A stretch of DNA of 64,000 nucleotides. It comes from a virus (Duplodnaviria > Caudoviricetes). This document shows positions 1 through 10,470 of this stretch, piece by piece (the first letter of the stretch is position 1; every line of letters starts with the position of its first letter). Location of the stretch: IMG/VR virus record IMGVR_UViG_3300028833_000077; one strand, 5' to 3'. The translations under genes and the position numbers were made by a program. Below the pieces are notes generated by a model. That model was not told the DNA's origin. It saw nothing but the letters and a program-made list of their open reading frames with translations, and made no database searches.

Positions 1-516
1 ACTTGTGATTTTGCCACTTGCTCCTCCGAAAGGAGCTTCTTTGTCTTGTAATCTACTTTCATGTTTTAAAGCTTTAATTGTTAAATATTGACTTAAGTCG
101 AACATGGGTGATGACCAACTGAAGGACTGTTCATCTTCCTCAAGTCTATACAAGCACCCATCATCTCCTAGTTTTTCTATTACTTTTCTATCTCCTACTT
201 TCACACTTTTGATGGTAAACTCCCTACCAGCCATGTCTTCCATATCAGAGGCAACACCATAGGGATAACCACCATCACTATCCAAACCCTCCCTGACTCT
301 TACAGTATCACCTACTTGAAATAGAGGAATAGGAAGAAGCCACTTCTCATCATAATAGTATTTACCTATAAGGAAAGTACCATCAGAGGGAGTAGGCTCG
401 GGTAATGTGAACACCCCTGGCTTATACATGCTGTCATTGAAGGTACAAGTATGCCTTGAATTCCATGTACCAATCTTTATATAAGGATTGATAATGACTT
501 TATCACCTGCTTTCAT
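1..516 (-). CDS. Hypothetical protein with two KOW/SH3-like motifs, runs off the window edge
   Basis: Own translation MKAGDKVIINP...FQVGDTVRVREG..., open to position 1; start overlaps the stop of 503..796. Confidence 0.65.
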   Translation of the reverse strand, partial: MKAGDKVIINPYIKIGTWNSRHTCTFNDSMYKPGVFTLPEPTPSDGTFLIGKYYYDEKWLLPIPLFQVGDTVRVREGLDSDGGYPYGVASDMEDMAGREFTIKSVKVGDRKVIEKLGDDGCLYRLEEDEQSFSWSSPMFDLSQYLTIKALKHESRLQDKEAPFGGASGKITS

Positions 517-796
517 GTCTCTTCACTATTATATCAGCCAGTTCCTCTATAGAGAGTGACTGTAATTTGTTTATTAACTCTGAGTATGAGTATGTAGGAC
601 ATACATCATACACTTCAGCAGTGGTCTCCTTGTACCATACATAGTCAGTCAAGTCAGGCTCAGGGTCATACTTGGAGAGCTTGTCCTTTGCAATGATATA
701 TCTTGCATCGGACATGTCCACCCCAGCATCAATCAATCTCTGCACCTGCTCCCTATTGAGGAAGTCCTTAGAGGTGCTGTTGTCCAATGTAATCAT
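503..796 (-). CDS. Hypothetical phage protein
   Basis: ORF in a tightly packed minus-strand array. Confidence 0.7.
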   Translation of the reverse strand: MITLDNSTSKDFLNREQVQRLIDAGVDMSDARYIIAKDKLSKYDPEPDLTDYVWYKETTAEVYDVCPTYSYSELINKLQSLSIEELADIIVKRHESR

Positions 797-1217
797 ACTC
801 TTCTGAATTCATTAAGTAACTTAGGGTGCATCAACTGGTATTTCTCATTCTTCTTGAGGGCCTCTAAGAGACTGTCATCCTCATTGTAGTTGTACCAATC
901 CGTCCAGACAGTGCCTTGGTCAGAGAGGTACTGGTATCTCTTCTGTATCATTTCAGTAGTTTCTGTAACTTACTTTTAATACAAACATATCTGCCCATCA
1001 AGTACATGTTGTACTGGGCCATCATAGAATGTCTGTCAGGCATGGTGGGACTATAGTATCCATGCACCAGCCTTGTAGCTTCATTTATTGTCATGTGCAT
1101 TCTCTTTAGGGTTACCATTCTCTTCATAGGAGTTGCATAGCCTTATTGAACTGACAGCAGTCCCACAGTACTTACTGACAGGACAGCCTATACAAGAGGG
1201 ATATTTGTCAAGGTATC

Positions 1218-1502
1218 TCATGAGGCCTCCCTTTCCTTATCCAGTTCCATGCTAGCCTGCTTCACACTCTCATAATGGGCAGGAAGTACTCTGTTCCTAT
1301 AGTACTCATATATGTCAGGCCCACCTTTGATGCTATTTTGCATAGCCTCTAATACAGTGGCTGTAAATTCACCTACAGCAGACAATATACTAACAGGGTT
1401 GACTTCTGTAGTCTTCAGCAAGTCAGATGCCTTGAGGGTATCCAACAATTGTGCATTGAGCTTCCATGCTCCAGATGCCATTCTTTCTTCTTCTTTCTTC
1501 AT
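1218..1502 (-). CDS. Hypothetical phage protein
   Basis: ORF with A-rich leader, overlaps the next start. Confidence 0.7.
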   Translation of the reverse strand: MKKEEERMASGAWKLNAQLLDTLKASDLLKTTEVNPVSILSAVGEFTATVLEAMQNSIKGGPDIYEYYRNRVLPAHYESVKQASMELDKEREAS

Positions 1503-1667
1503 TGTCTAAAGAGCTATTAATGATTAGTAAAAAGTAGAGAGGGGGACAGCATTAAGATTATGCAAGACGGATGACTGTCCCCTGTCCCTATATAAGAGAG
1601 CCTGCCCAGACCTGATAGAATCAATGTTAATAACGGAAATAAAAAGTGGAAAGGGCAGGCATGATAG

Positions 1668-1895
1668 TCAAGTGTTGACGTAGGCTCCTTTGAGGATTTC
1701 CCTCTTCTGGTTTATTAGAGCCTTCTTAAGAGTAATGAGAGTCCTCTTGGCCTCACAGTAGCCATCCACAGAAGCAAACATGTCATGCTGTCTTGTGAAC
1801 TGTAGGATGTGGTCAATCTCTTTCTTGGCCAACTCAATCTCCTGAAACCTCTTGTAGGCATCAGTGACGTAAGAAATAGTTAAAGGGTGTTTCAT
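1668..1895 (-). CDS. Hypothetical phage protein (start MKHPLT)
   Basis: ORF; internal ATG with A/T-rich leader preferred. Confidence 0.6.
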   Translation of the reverse strand: MKHPLTISYVTDAYKRFQEIELAKKEIDHILQFTRQHDMFASVDGYCEAKRTLITLKKALINQKREILKGAYVNT

Positions 1896-2116
1896 AATTG
1901 TAATCTGAAATTGTTGTAAAATCCTTAAAGAGTAGAGATAGACCATCCCCAAAAGCTAATGCTGCAACATCAGCTAATGGAGACAGTAAAAGAACCTGCC
2001 AGAGGCTGTCCTCTTCACTATTGGTTAAGTGGTAAGTGTGGCAGGCTTTTATCCATTATAGAATTGTGGCTCTTTGGGGTACAACTCCTCAGGCCGCTCT
2101 TCATACTGTTGCTTAT

Positions 2117-2446
2117 TTACCACGCTTCCATGTTTACATCTTTATCCAATGTATGTATGAAATCTCCAATGTCCTTCACATCACAAATGTCAGAGAAGTC
2201 AATATAAACATTGTCACATCCCATACAGTCTCCAGCAGGACTATAAGAGCAAAGCTCTGAAAGTTCCTTGTATTTATCCTCTTTGATAAGAGAAATAACC
2301 TGTTCTAATCTACTTATTACAACTTGTTTCAATGCCTCTTTGTATTTGGAAGAAACAATTTGTGTTGCGTTGTCTTCCCCAATTCCTGCTTCTTCTAATG
2401 TGTCTATTAGAGTTTCTCTAAATTCTTTATCAAATATTTTCTCCAT
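2117..2446 (-). CDS. Hypothetical protein
   Basis: 109-aa ORF, TAATG-coupled to the upstream ORF. Confidence 0.7.
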   Translation of the reverse strand: MEKIFDKEFRETLIDTLEEAGIGEDNATQIVSSKYKEALKQVVISRLEQVISLIKEDKYKELSELCSYSPAGDCMGCDNVYIDFSDICDVKDIGDFIHTLDKDVNMEAW

Positions 2447-2718
2447 TATATTTTCTGTTTTAATGATTTAACCAAGAGAGCAGTCAGATATGTTCTCTCT
2501 TTAAGTTCCTTATTTTCCTTACAGTCTGAGATGAACTGACTCTCTTCCTCTTTGGTCATCTGATCTCTGAGGTAAGAGCCAATTCTCTTATCCACATCAA
2601 TAATCTTCTGTTCTTCTGCAGTGATATCATTTATGTCCAGTTCTCTATCAAAGATACCTTGAATTTCTTTCTCAAGGTTCTGTTCCTAAAGAGGATATTC
2701 CATGTCATTATTTTCCAT
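2446..2718 (-). pseudogene. 90-codon ORF with in-frame TAG at codon 11; C-half resembles a Bacteroidetes anti-sigma N-terminal helix motif
   Basis: MENNDMEYPL*EQNLEKEI...RIGSYLRDQMTKEEESQF...KELKERT; TAA overlaps the ATG of the next gene. Confidence 0.55.
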
Positions 2719-2977
2719 AACTATATCTCCTATGTTTTGTTGTAAGTATTCTAATTCAAGAGTAAAAACTCTCTCTGAGAGTCCTCACTCTTGTGTGATG
2801 TAGCTTGCCATCTTCATAATAATAGACAGCAGCATTGGCTGCCATCAGGCTCAGCCAGGTTCTGAACTTGCCATAGGTATTGATACCATAATATTTGGCA
2901 ACAGCCAGAACAATAGGATTTGATGTACTTATCTTCATAATATCTAATTGTTGTAAGTAATCAAAAGAAAAGAGGGC

Positions 2978-3211
2978 TCATGAATCCATGTAGCCCTCAT
3001 GAAACTCCTCAGAATAAGCCTTCATGACAACCTCAGGCCACTTGTCTCCAACAAGATTATGTATCCTTCTGCGAAGTCTTCCACAGTAGTCTACATTCTC
3101 ACAACCAAGATTGCCATAGTAGCCTTCCTCATATCCTAATGAAGCAGCAAGGCAAGCAGCCTCCATTACTCTGACATTATAGTCAAACTGTCTAATGAAC
3201 TCTTTTGTCAT
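2978..3211 (-). CDS. Hypothetical phage protein
   Basis: ORF with ACCCTTTA leader. Confidence 0.65.
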   Translation of the reverse strand: MTKEFIRQFDYNVRVMEAACLAASLGYEEGYYGNLGCENVDYCGRLRRRIHNLVGDKWPEVVMKAYSEEFHEGYMDS

Positions 3212-4028
3212 GTGTCTAAAGGGTCTAAGGTGAAAACTCCTGGCATAGGCTATAAAACAAGCAGTATAGCCAGGAGTCCTTTTATGAAGGGATTAATCTT
3301 TCTTCTCAAGCCTGTCTATAAGCAGGGAATACTTGAAGTCGAACCATTTCTTGACATCTGGGTCTTTGGAACATGGGTTGAAACCTGTCATAGTACATGC
3401 CAGTTATGTTCATCATCCTCACACAAGCAGTCTCCAACCTTTGCAACAGTACCATCTGTAAGAAGGTAACAGATGCCATCATCAGACTTTGTTATGGAAT
3501 GTATGCAGGGCAGGTAGAAGATATCCTCGATTGATTTGCCCTCAATGTGTATACACTGCATGAAAAAAGCTAAGATAGTTGTGGGATTTGGGTAGATTTG
3601 AAGCTAAATTTGTGGTATAGCTAAGATGAGAGGTAGCAAAATGTCCTGATTCTATGGTAAAAAGCAGGATAGTATGCTGTAGAATGGTGAGTAGGTAGTG
3701 TCATAACCTGATGTAATGTGGGTGGAATTGGATTGGGGAGATAGTGGGGTTGAGGGTGGGGAGGGTGTTAAAAGCCACGTTACTTGCATATATGCAACTA
3801 ACTCAATGTGGAACTGTTAAATGTTAACACATCAGTACATGAAATGTTAAATGTGAGTATATTCATTCCTTATGGCTATCTCTCACTATACATAGTAGAT
3901 ATGAAGACCACATTCCTTACACCTATGCAACTAACACCACAATAGACAGGACTGAGTTGTTATGACAGGAGGAAGGTACCATATCTTAGACAGGAAATCC
4001 AGATCATCTCGTGGGGGATAAGGGGGTT

Positions 4029-4143
4029 TTCCTTTCTTCTTCTTCTTTTCTTTATTTATTTCTTTTCTTCTTTTCTCTTTATGTTACTTTCTCTTTTCTT
4101 CTTCTCTTTCTTGTTTTCTTTTCCTCTTCTTCTTTCCTTTTGC
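4029..4143. repeat. Polypyrimidine (TC-rich) low-complexity tract
   Basis: About 115 nt of almost only T/C. Confidence 0.8.
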
Positions 4144-4232
4144 TTAAAGAAAAGCTCCTAAGGATGTCCTTTAGATTCTTTTGTGTATTAAAGTTTAGCA
4201 TTAACTTTGTAGCATCAAACAAGGATCGTTAC

Positions 4233-4904
4233 ATGACATACAAAGGCAGAGAGATTACAGTGGAGCAGGTGACCACCTCCATGGTAAGGGAGATTATACA
4301 GTCTCAGTTCTTCACACTCCAGAGGATGACTTCCCATAGGTACAGATACATGACTTGGGGATATACAGACAGAGACACCATCTTTGACTACGGCAAGGTC
4401 TTGGAAGCGTACAAGAAGTACCTTAATCACCCTAGGAGCAAACCTCCTATAGACTTAGAGACAGGTATATTGAATATAGTGAAGGAGTGCCCATCCAACC
4501 TTCTGACAGATGCTCTATTGGAGCACAGGAGAAGGAAAGAGGAGCAGTGGGCAGAGCGTAAAAGGCAAAGCCGAAACCCCACTATAAAACCTACCATACA
4601 GGAAAATCCCCAACAGTTTAATACAGGTATTATGAAGTTACCATTGACCCAAGAGAGACAGAGTTATTCTGAGCAGCTTGAAGATATACGGTGGACTGCC
4701 TTCAGGACTTTTGTATTTGTTGTAAAAGGCCAGAAGTGTGAACTGTGCGGCTCTACCCACTACATAAACCTCCACCATACCAAATACATTCCAGGCAGGA
4801 GTGCCTGGGAGTATACCTGCAATGAGGTACAGGTACTGTGTCGGGAATGCCATGAGAAGATTCATAATATCAAAAAGGATACAGGAACTTCCACAGACTT
4901 CTAA
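4233..4904 (+). CDS. Protein with C-terminal HNH (Zn-binding) endonuclease domain
   Basis: CELCG...LHH...LCRECHEKIH; TAACTTTG promoter box at 4202 supports the ATG at 4233. Confidence 0.75.
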   Translation: MTYKGREITVEQVTTSMVREIIQSQFFTLQRMTSHRYRYMTWGYTDRDTIFDYGKVLEAYKKYLNHPRSKPPIDLETGILNIVKECPSNLLTDALLEHRRRKEEQWAERKRQSRNPTIKPTIQENPQQFNTGIMKLPLTQERQSYSEQLEDIRWTAFRTFVFVVKGQKCELCGSTHYINLHHTKYIPGRSAWEYTCNEVQVLCRECHEKIHNIKKDTGTSTDF

Positions 4905-5043
4905 GGAAAATCTTTCATATCATCGCTAAGTTTCCATTTCCTGGGTAAAAAAACTATGTACCATGGGGTAAGTCGCATGTACCTAGAGAAAAAATATAAA
5001 GGGCAAGGTACTCTGACCTCACCCTTTCTTGACTGTCCTAAGA

Positions 5044-5454
5044 CTATTCCTCATCACGCTTCTTGAGATACTCCTTCTTCTCCTCCTCAGAGGCCCACAC
5101 GTCAAATCTGACAATGCTGGGCTGGCCTGCCTTCTTAAGCTCCTGGCCGTAGATGAGTGAGATGGGGAGCTTGTCACCCTCATCATAGTTGTCCTGAATG
5201 TTCTTGCCTGCTTTCAGCTCAGGTGTCTGACCATCTTTCAGGGTAACTGTGATTCTCAGGGCCGTGTCACCACTCTGGAACTCAGTCTCTGTAACCTCAG
5301 CCTCAGAACCCTCAATGTCCTTGTAGCTGAAGCCTAAGGCTCCTGCGGCACAGATCTCTTCCAGGGTGTATGCATCACCGACGGGCTTCCACTCTGAGCT
5401 GTTGAACACTGACTGCTGGGCAACTGACATGAAACTAACGCTTAACTTTTTCAT
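5044..5454 (-). CDS. Hypothetical protein, possible OB-fold/SSB-like; paralog of 7027..7431
   Basis: Shared W..TLEE..YKD..AEV.E.E..Y.EGD.L pattern. Confidence 0.65.
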   Translation of the reverse strand: MKKLSVSFMSVAQQSVFNSSEWKPVGDAYTLEEICAAGALGFSYKDIEGSEAEVTETEFQSGDTALRITVTLKDGQTPELKAGKNIQDNYDEGDKLPISLIYGQELKKAGQPSIVRFDVWASEEEKKEYLKKRDEE

Positions 5455-6018
5455 AATACTTTAAACTTTAAAATGTGAATAATGTGATTTGTAAACTGAG
5501 AAAGTCTCAGTACAGGGCTATTTAACTCCTGCAAAAAAGGTAAGTTGTGATATTTTGTTAAAAAACAAAAATAAGCTATAGACTTAGACTATAACTTAAC
5601 TAAAGAAAGAAATATATAAAGAAAGAAAGGTAAGTCAAGCAGGCCTTTAAAAAATAAAAAAGGGAACCCCCATAACAGGGATTCCCTTCTCTTAGTATTA
5701 AAGTTCATACTTCTGCTCATACTGTGCCAGTACAGCACAGGCAGTAGCCTCCAATAGCATTTCTGCTATACCCTCATCAGACCAGTCTGGAAACAGTGGT
5801 CTATATGTTGCCAGCTCCTCCTCTGAGGTAAGAGACATGGCATACTCTGTCTTAGTCATTAGTACAAGTCCTCATGGAGTTCATGTACACTGATAAACCA
5901 CTGATTATTCTCCCAATCATCAGCATATCTCATAGCTGATTCCTTATCTCTGAATGTCTTCCAGTGCCTGTCAGAGGTATCCCTCTTATTGGCAAGTAAT
6001 ACTACATACTGCATATTA

Positions 6019-6240
6019 TTATCTATTAGCCAGTATCTCATCAAACTTCTTAAACAGTGCCTTGAATTCCTCAGAGTTAGTATCAACATGGAATTGATAC
6101 ATCAGTGCTGCCAAGAGTTCCACTTTCTCTGTCATAGGAATGCAGTAGAGGTGGAATGCCAAATCATCAAATCTCTGGACTGTTGCATTATTGTAGTCCA
6201 GGTGCTTCAGGATAATACCTGTTTCTGTCTTTGCCTCCAT
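6019..6240 (-). CDS. Hypothetical phage protein
   Basis: ORF in array. Confidence 0.65.
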   Translation of the reverse strand: MEAKTETGIILKHLDYNNATVQRFDDLAFHLYCIPMTEKVELLAALMYQFHVDTNSEEFKALFKKFDEILANR

Positions 6241-6244
6241 AATT

Positions 6245-6526
6245 TTAATGTTTAAATGTAAGTTTGTTACTATTGAATTCCTTCAAGATATCCAGCTCAT
6301 ACTCCATGTTGTGTATAATATTGTCAAGAGCTTGCTGTGCAAGGGTCTCATCACCACTTAGGAGTCCTTCAGCATCAGATAGCTAGAGTTCTTCCTTATG
6401 GACTGTCATTATGTAATTACCATCTGCCTTATTGATGATGATATCATACTTAAAGTAGTTATTTACAGTGACAGGCTCATCATTATAGCATTCAACCTGC
6501 CACTCCTTATATTGTACTGTTTTCAT
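6245..6526 (-). pseudogene. 93-codon ORF with in-frame TAG at codon 48
   Basis: MKTVQYKEW...HKEEL*LSDAEGLLSG...LTFKH; fills the gap between neighbours exactly. Confidence 0.55.
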
Positions 6527-6528
6527 AA

Positions 6529-6960
6529 TCAGTCCTCCACGAATCTATCAAAGTGAATAATATGCTGATGCTCATCACATTCCACAATCATACAGTCCTC
6601 ATAGGTAGTACTGCATGTCATAGGCCACTGTCTCATTCTGAAGTTAGTACCCTTCTTACAACAGTCAGAGAAGTAATTCACCATGTCATTGAAGGCCTCC
6701 TTAGCCTTCTTATAGTCTGTGGTGGCTATCTTACAGAAGCTACGAATGCTGCTTTCATGCTCTACAAATACTGAGTACACCTTGGGCTTCTTAAAGTACT
6801 CAATGAGGTGTTTACCCTGCATCCTACTTTCATACCCATTATACTGGATATTGTTCTCAAACCATTCAATGAAATCCTTCTCTGAAAGTCTTTCATACTC
6901 TGTGAGACCAGCTATACCTGAACAGTTGGCAATAATCTCTTTGATTCTTTCTTTTGTCAT
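6529..6960 (-). CDS. Hypothetical phage protein
   Basis: 143-aa ORF with ACCCTTTAAA leader. Confidence 0.7.
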   Translation of the reverse strand: MTKERIKEIIANCSGIAGLTEYERLSEKDFIEWFENNIQYNGYESRMQGKHLIEYFKKPKVYSVFVEHESSIRSFCKIATTDYKKAKEAFNDMVNYFSDCCKKGTNFRMRQWPMTCSTTYEDCMIVECDEHQHIIHFDRFVED

Positions 6961-7026
6961 TGTTTGTAATGTTTTAAAGGGTTAATGTATAGCCCTGCCT
7001 GTCACACAAGGCTGTGCTGGATATAT

Positions 7027-7431
7027 CTACTTTATCTCGCCTATTGCATACTCATGGAACTCCTTCAAACATGTCTGAGTACAGAGCTTGATGGTATTCA
7101 ACTTCAATTCATCTCCTTCCTCATAGTCTGGGAAGATGCTCTCATTATCTTCATCCTTCTCTTCATAGGGCAGGTCCCACTCAACCTCTGTGCCTCCTTC
7201 AAAAATGAACTTGACCTTTAAGAAGGTTCTAGTCTTACCACTCTTGTCGGTATATTCCTTCTCAATAACTTCAGCCTTCTTGACATCCTTGTACATAGGA
7301 TTAATGTACTCAGCATACTCTTCAAGAGTAACTGTCCATTCATCACTTGTCTTCCAGACCTTCTTGACAAAACCTGCCTTTGCATACCTTTCCTTGAGAG
7401 CTGCTACTCTCTTTGCATTAAAATCACTCAT
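7027..7431 (-). CDS. Hypothetical protein, paralog of 5044..5454
   Basis: Visible sequence similarity. Confidence 0.7.
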   Translation of the reverse strand: MSDFNAKRVAALKERYAKAGFVKKVWKTSDEWTVTLEEYAEYINPMYKDVKKAEVIEKEYTDKSGKTRTFLKVKFIFEGGTEVEWDLPYEEKDEDNESIFPDYEEGDELKLNTIKLCTQTCLKEFHEYAIGEIK

Positions 7432-7821
7432 GTTTTTTCTATTTAAAGGGTTGTGTTAATGTTTCTTGTTTGGCTGTTCTGTTTCCAAGTAGCCACACTC
7501 AGAGTCTTAGCTCAGGTGATGCTGTTGCTATTTCACCCACTCATCAAGAGCATCTTCAGGAGAGTATCCCAAGACATCCATGCAGTAGGCTACCTCACCC
7601 TCAAGATAGTACTTGTGGGCAATGGCAAGTGCTTCCTCTCTTGTCATAGTTATTATGTTATTTTAGTGACCACCCACTGATACACCCGGAAATCTGGCTT
7701 ACATAGTGGTTAGGATTATTACCATTTGCTATCTTCCAATTCTCAGCTTCTTGCCAAGAACGGAAACCACCTCTGATCTTCTCTGTCTTGCCAGAGACAT
7801 CTGTGAAAACTCCGTATGACA

Positions 7822-10350
7822 TTAGTACTCATCTGTTAAAGTTATCTTACCTGTATTCTGCAATGTCTGAAGAGCTGCAAAGCACTGTTCCTCATTTTCA
7901 GAGAATCTCTCAATGAGGTCAGCAACCTCACCAATAGTAGCATTATCAGCAAACTCAATCTCCATAGGAGGATTGGGTAACTGGTCATCATCAACTAATG
8001 CAAGATCCTCTTTGGTCTTACAGAATGAATAACTTAGGAAGCATGTACTATTCTTCGACACTTCCAATGTCTCTCTAAAATCTGCCATAATTTTAATTAT
8101 TTTAAGTGGTCTTCATTATATTTCAGAAAGTCTTCAACATTCCACACCTTAATAACAAAGCTGTAGTTTGTAGTTCTAGATATTTCAAGGAGATGTTTAG
8201 CCAGTTCAGTGTCCCCCATAGGATCAGGACTCTGAGGATTAACTAGAAATGCTAAACAGATGAGCACATCACCAAAGAAAGCATCCTCAAATAGCTTGAT
8301 TGGAGCATGTCCCTCTGGCAGAACATAGCAGTCATACAGATAGGGCTGGCAGCCCTCATTGAATCTAAATACAATTTCTTTCATAATTCTAATTATTTAA
8401 TTGTTAAAACTCAAAATACTTTTCAGGATCATCTGCAAGCATAGAATAGAAGTATCTTAACTGGTAGTTATACTCAGTAGGATAGTCTATGTCATACCTG
8501 TCAGTCCATAGGGTAAGCCAGTACATATTCCCATCATGGTCAATGACCAGCATTTCAGTATTTTCCTCCCAACTCCAACTACCAGAGTAAGTAGGAGCAT
8601 AAGACGATATCTGAGCATACTCAGTGCCTTCAATCTCAAACTTGTTAGGACCATCAAAGTGTCGGCCATTAAGAATAGCTTCATAAAGCTCTTTTGCAAT
8701 TTTTCCCATAATTCTAATTATTTAATTGTCCAATAAATATTACCAAATGTCATCTTATACACAACAGCAGCCTGATAAGTACTGAACTTCCTCGTCAGGT
8801 TGCCTAGAGAGTCAAATACTCTATAGAGTTTTGTCCGCATAGTCGTTTGCCATATCCAATTGATGTGAGTAATTTTCTAGCAGAGCATCATAGTCAGGAA
8901 GGATGGCATAGTCTACAATAACTTCACCATATGTGTCCTCAGTAACATCTTGATATTCAAACCTATCATCACCATACTCATCCTGACCTATACATACAGG
9001 AAGAGTCCTTTCAGAATGAATCCAAGTGAATAATCTGTTCTGGCCATAGCAGAGATAAGTAGCAGAGTAGTTATCTGTAGTTTCAGCAAAGTGTGTAATC
9101 TTATTTAAGACTACAGCCTGCACCTCAACTCCATTGGGAGCTGTAAAGGTGAATACATCATTTTTCTTCATAATCTTATTATTTACAAAATACTCTATTT
9201 GCTAAATCAAATGTTTCTCCCCAGTTATCTTTGGAGTCAGTTACTATGTTATAGAGAATAGTATCATAGACCATATCTCTAGAATAGCCAAGAGTAGAAC
9301 AAGGCTCTATTTCTTTCTCAAATGCCTCAAGGACATCAACAAGTGGAAGCTCAAGCATGTCTCTGTCTTGAGCAAAAGCCCTTAGTGCTACCAAGGGCTT
9401 TTCAGGATACTGTTTAGGGTATGCCATAACTTCTATTATTTTATTACCATTCTATCTCAGCATTATCAGGCATCAATTCTCTCCAATATGGATGGTGAAT
9501 TTCACCCTGATGCCAGAGATTACCACACTCTTTCACAGTACCATCAAAGAACTTAACTATTACCTTGTGGCCTCCAAATCCCTTAAATGGACTTTCCTCA
9601 GGAGCAGGTTCTTCAAGAACATAGTGATGGCCATCTACAACAGCCCAGTTGTGTTCTCCTCTTTCCTTATCCCACTCATGCTGTTGTCTCCAATGGTTAC
9701 AGGTGAAACACAACTGCTGTTCGTCTAACATCTTTGTGTACTCATCATCCCAGTCAGTATTCTCTTCATACTGACCACAAATCTTACAATAATGTGCCAT
9801 AATTCTTATTATTTAAAGGGTTATTATCCAGGGAGCAGGAGTTTCCTACTCCCTCGTATAGAGTTTATTTTCTTTCTCTACCATCTACATAAGGAGCAGA
9901 TGTATCTACAGTGAGTCTGTACTGTTCAATCCCCCAATGGAGCTTGTCAGCATTCTCCTCACCAATCTCAAGAGCCAATGCCTTGGTTAACTCAGCAGCC
10001 CGGTAGCAGCCAACTTCTCCTGCCTCCTTGACACCTGCACCATATCTAGCAAGCTCATAGGGAGTACCAATCAGGTTAAACTCTCGGTTAATACAGACTG
10101 CATTGGAAGACCATGTGTACTCCTCATTACCATGCAGAGGATCAGACTTCTGAGTGAATCCAAATGTGGCAAGGCCACAATCAAATATCTTCACCCATAA
10201 TGTGCCCTCATCCTTGGTACCCTCATAAAGTACCTTAGAATTGTTATACACTGGAGTGCTCTTGAGCATCTCATGAATGTTAACATCAACCTCAAAATAG
10301 AGATTGTCCTGACCATTGTAGTCAGCAAACTTAACATTTGAAACTTTCAT
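7822..10350 (-). CDS. Array of small hypothetical early-type genes (7822-8088, 8097-8384, 8404-8709, 8821-9171, 9179-9427, 9444-9800, 9865-10350)
   Basis: Consecutive same-strand ORFs with AT-rich leaders and short spacers; no recognisable domains. Confidence 0.7.
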
Positions 10351-10470
10351 TTTACTTGTTGTTTAATAGGGTTATTATGCAGCTCACTTTATATAAGGTG
10401 GAGCTGCATGACCTTGGTAGAGTTAGAGTATAATGCCTACAGTTAGTAGCACTATATCAATGAATGGAGA

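Noticed and set aside
4011-4232. Hydrophobic N-terminal extension of the HNH protein
   Set aside because: Artefact of translating the polypyrimidine tract; the promoter box lies at 4202
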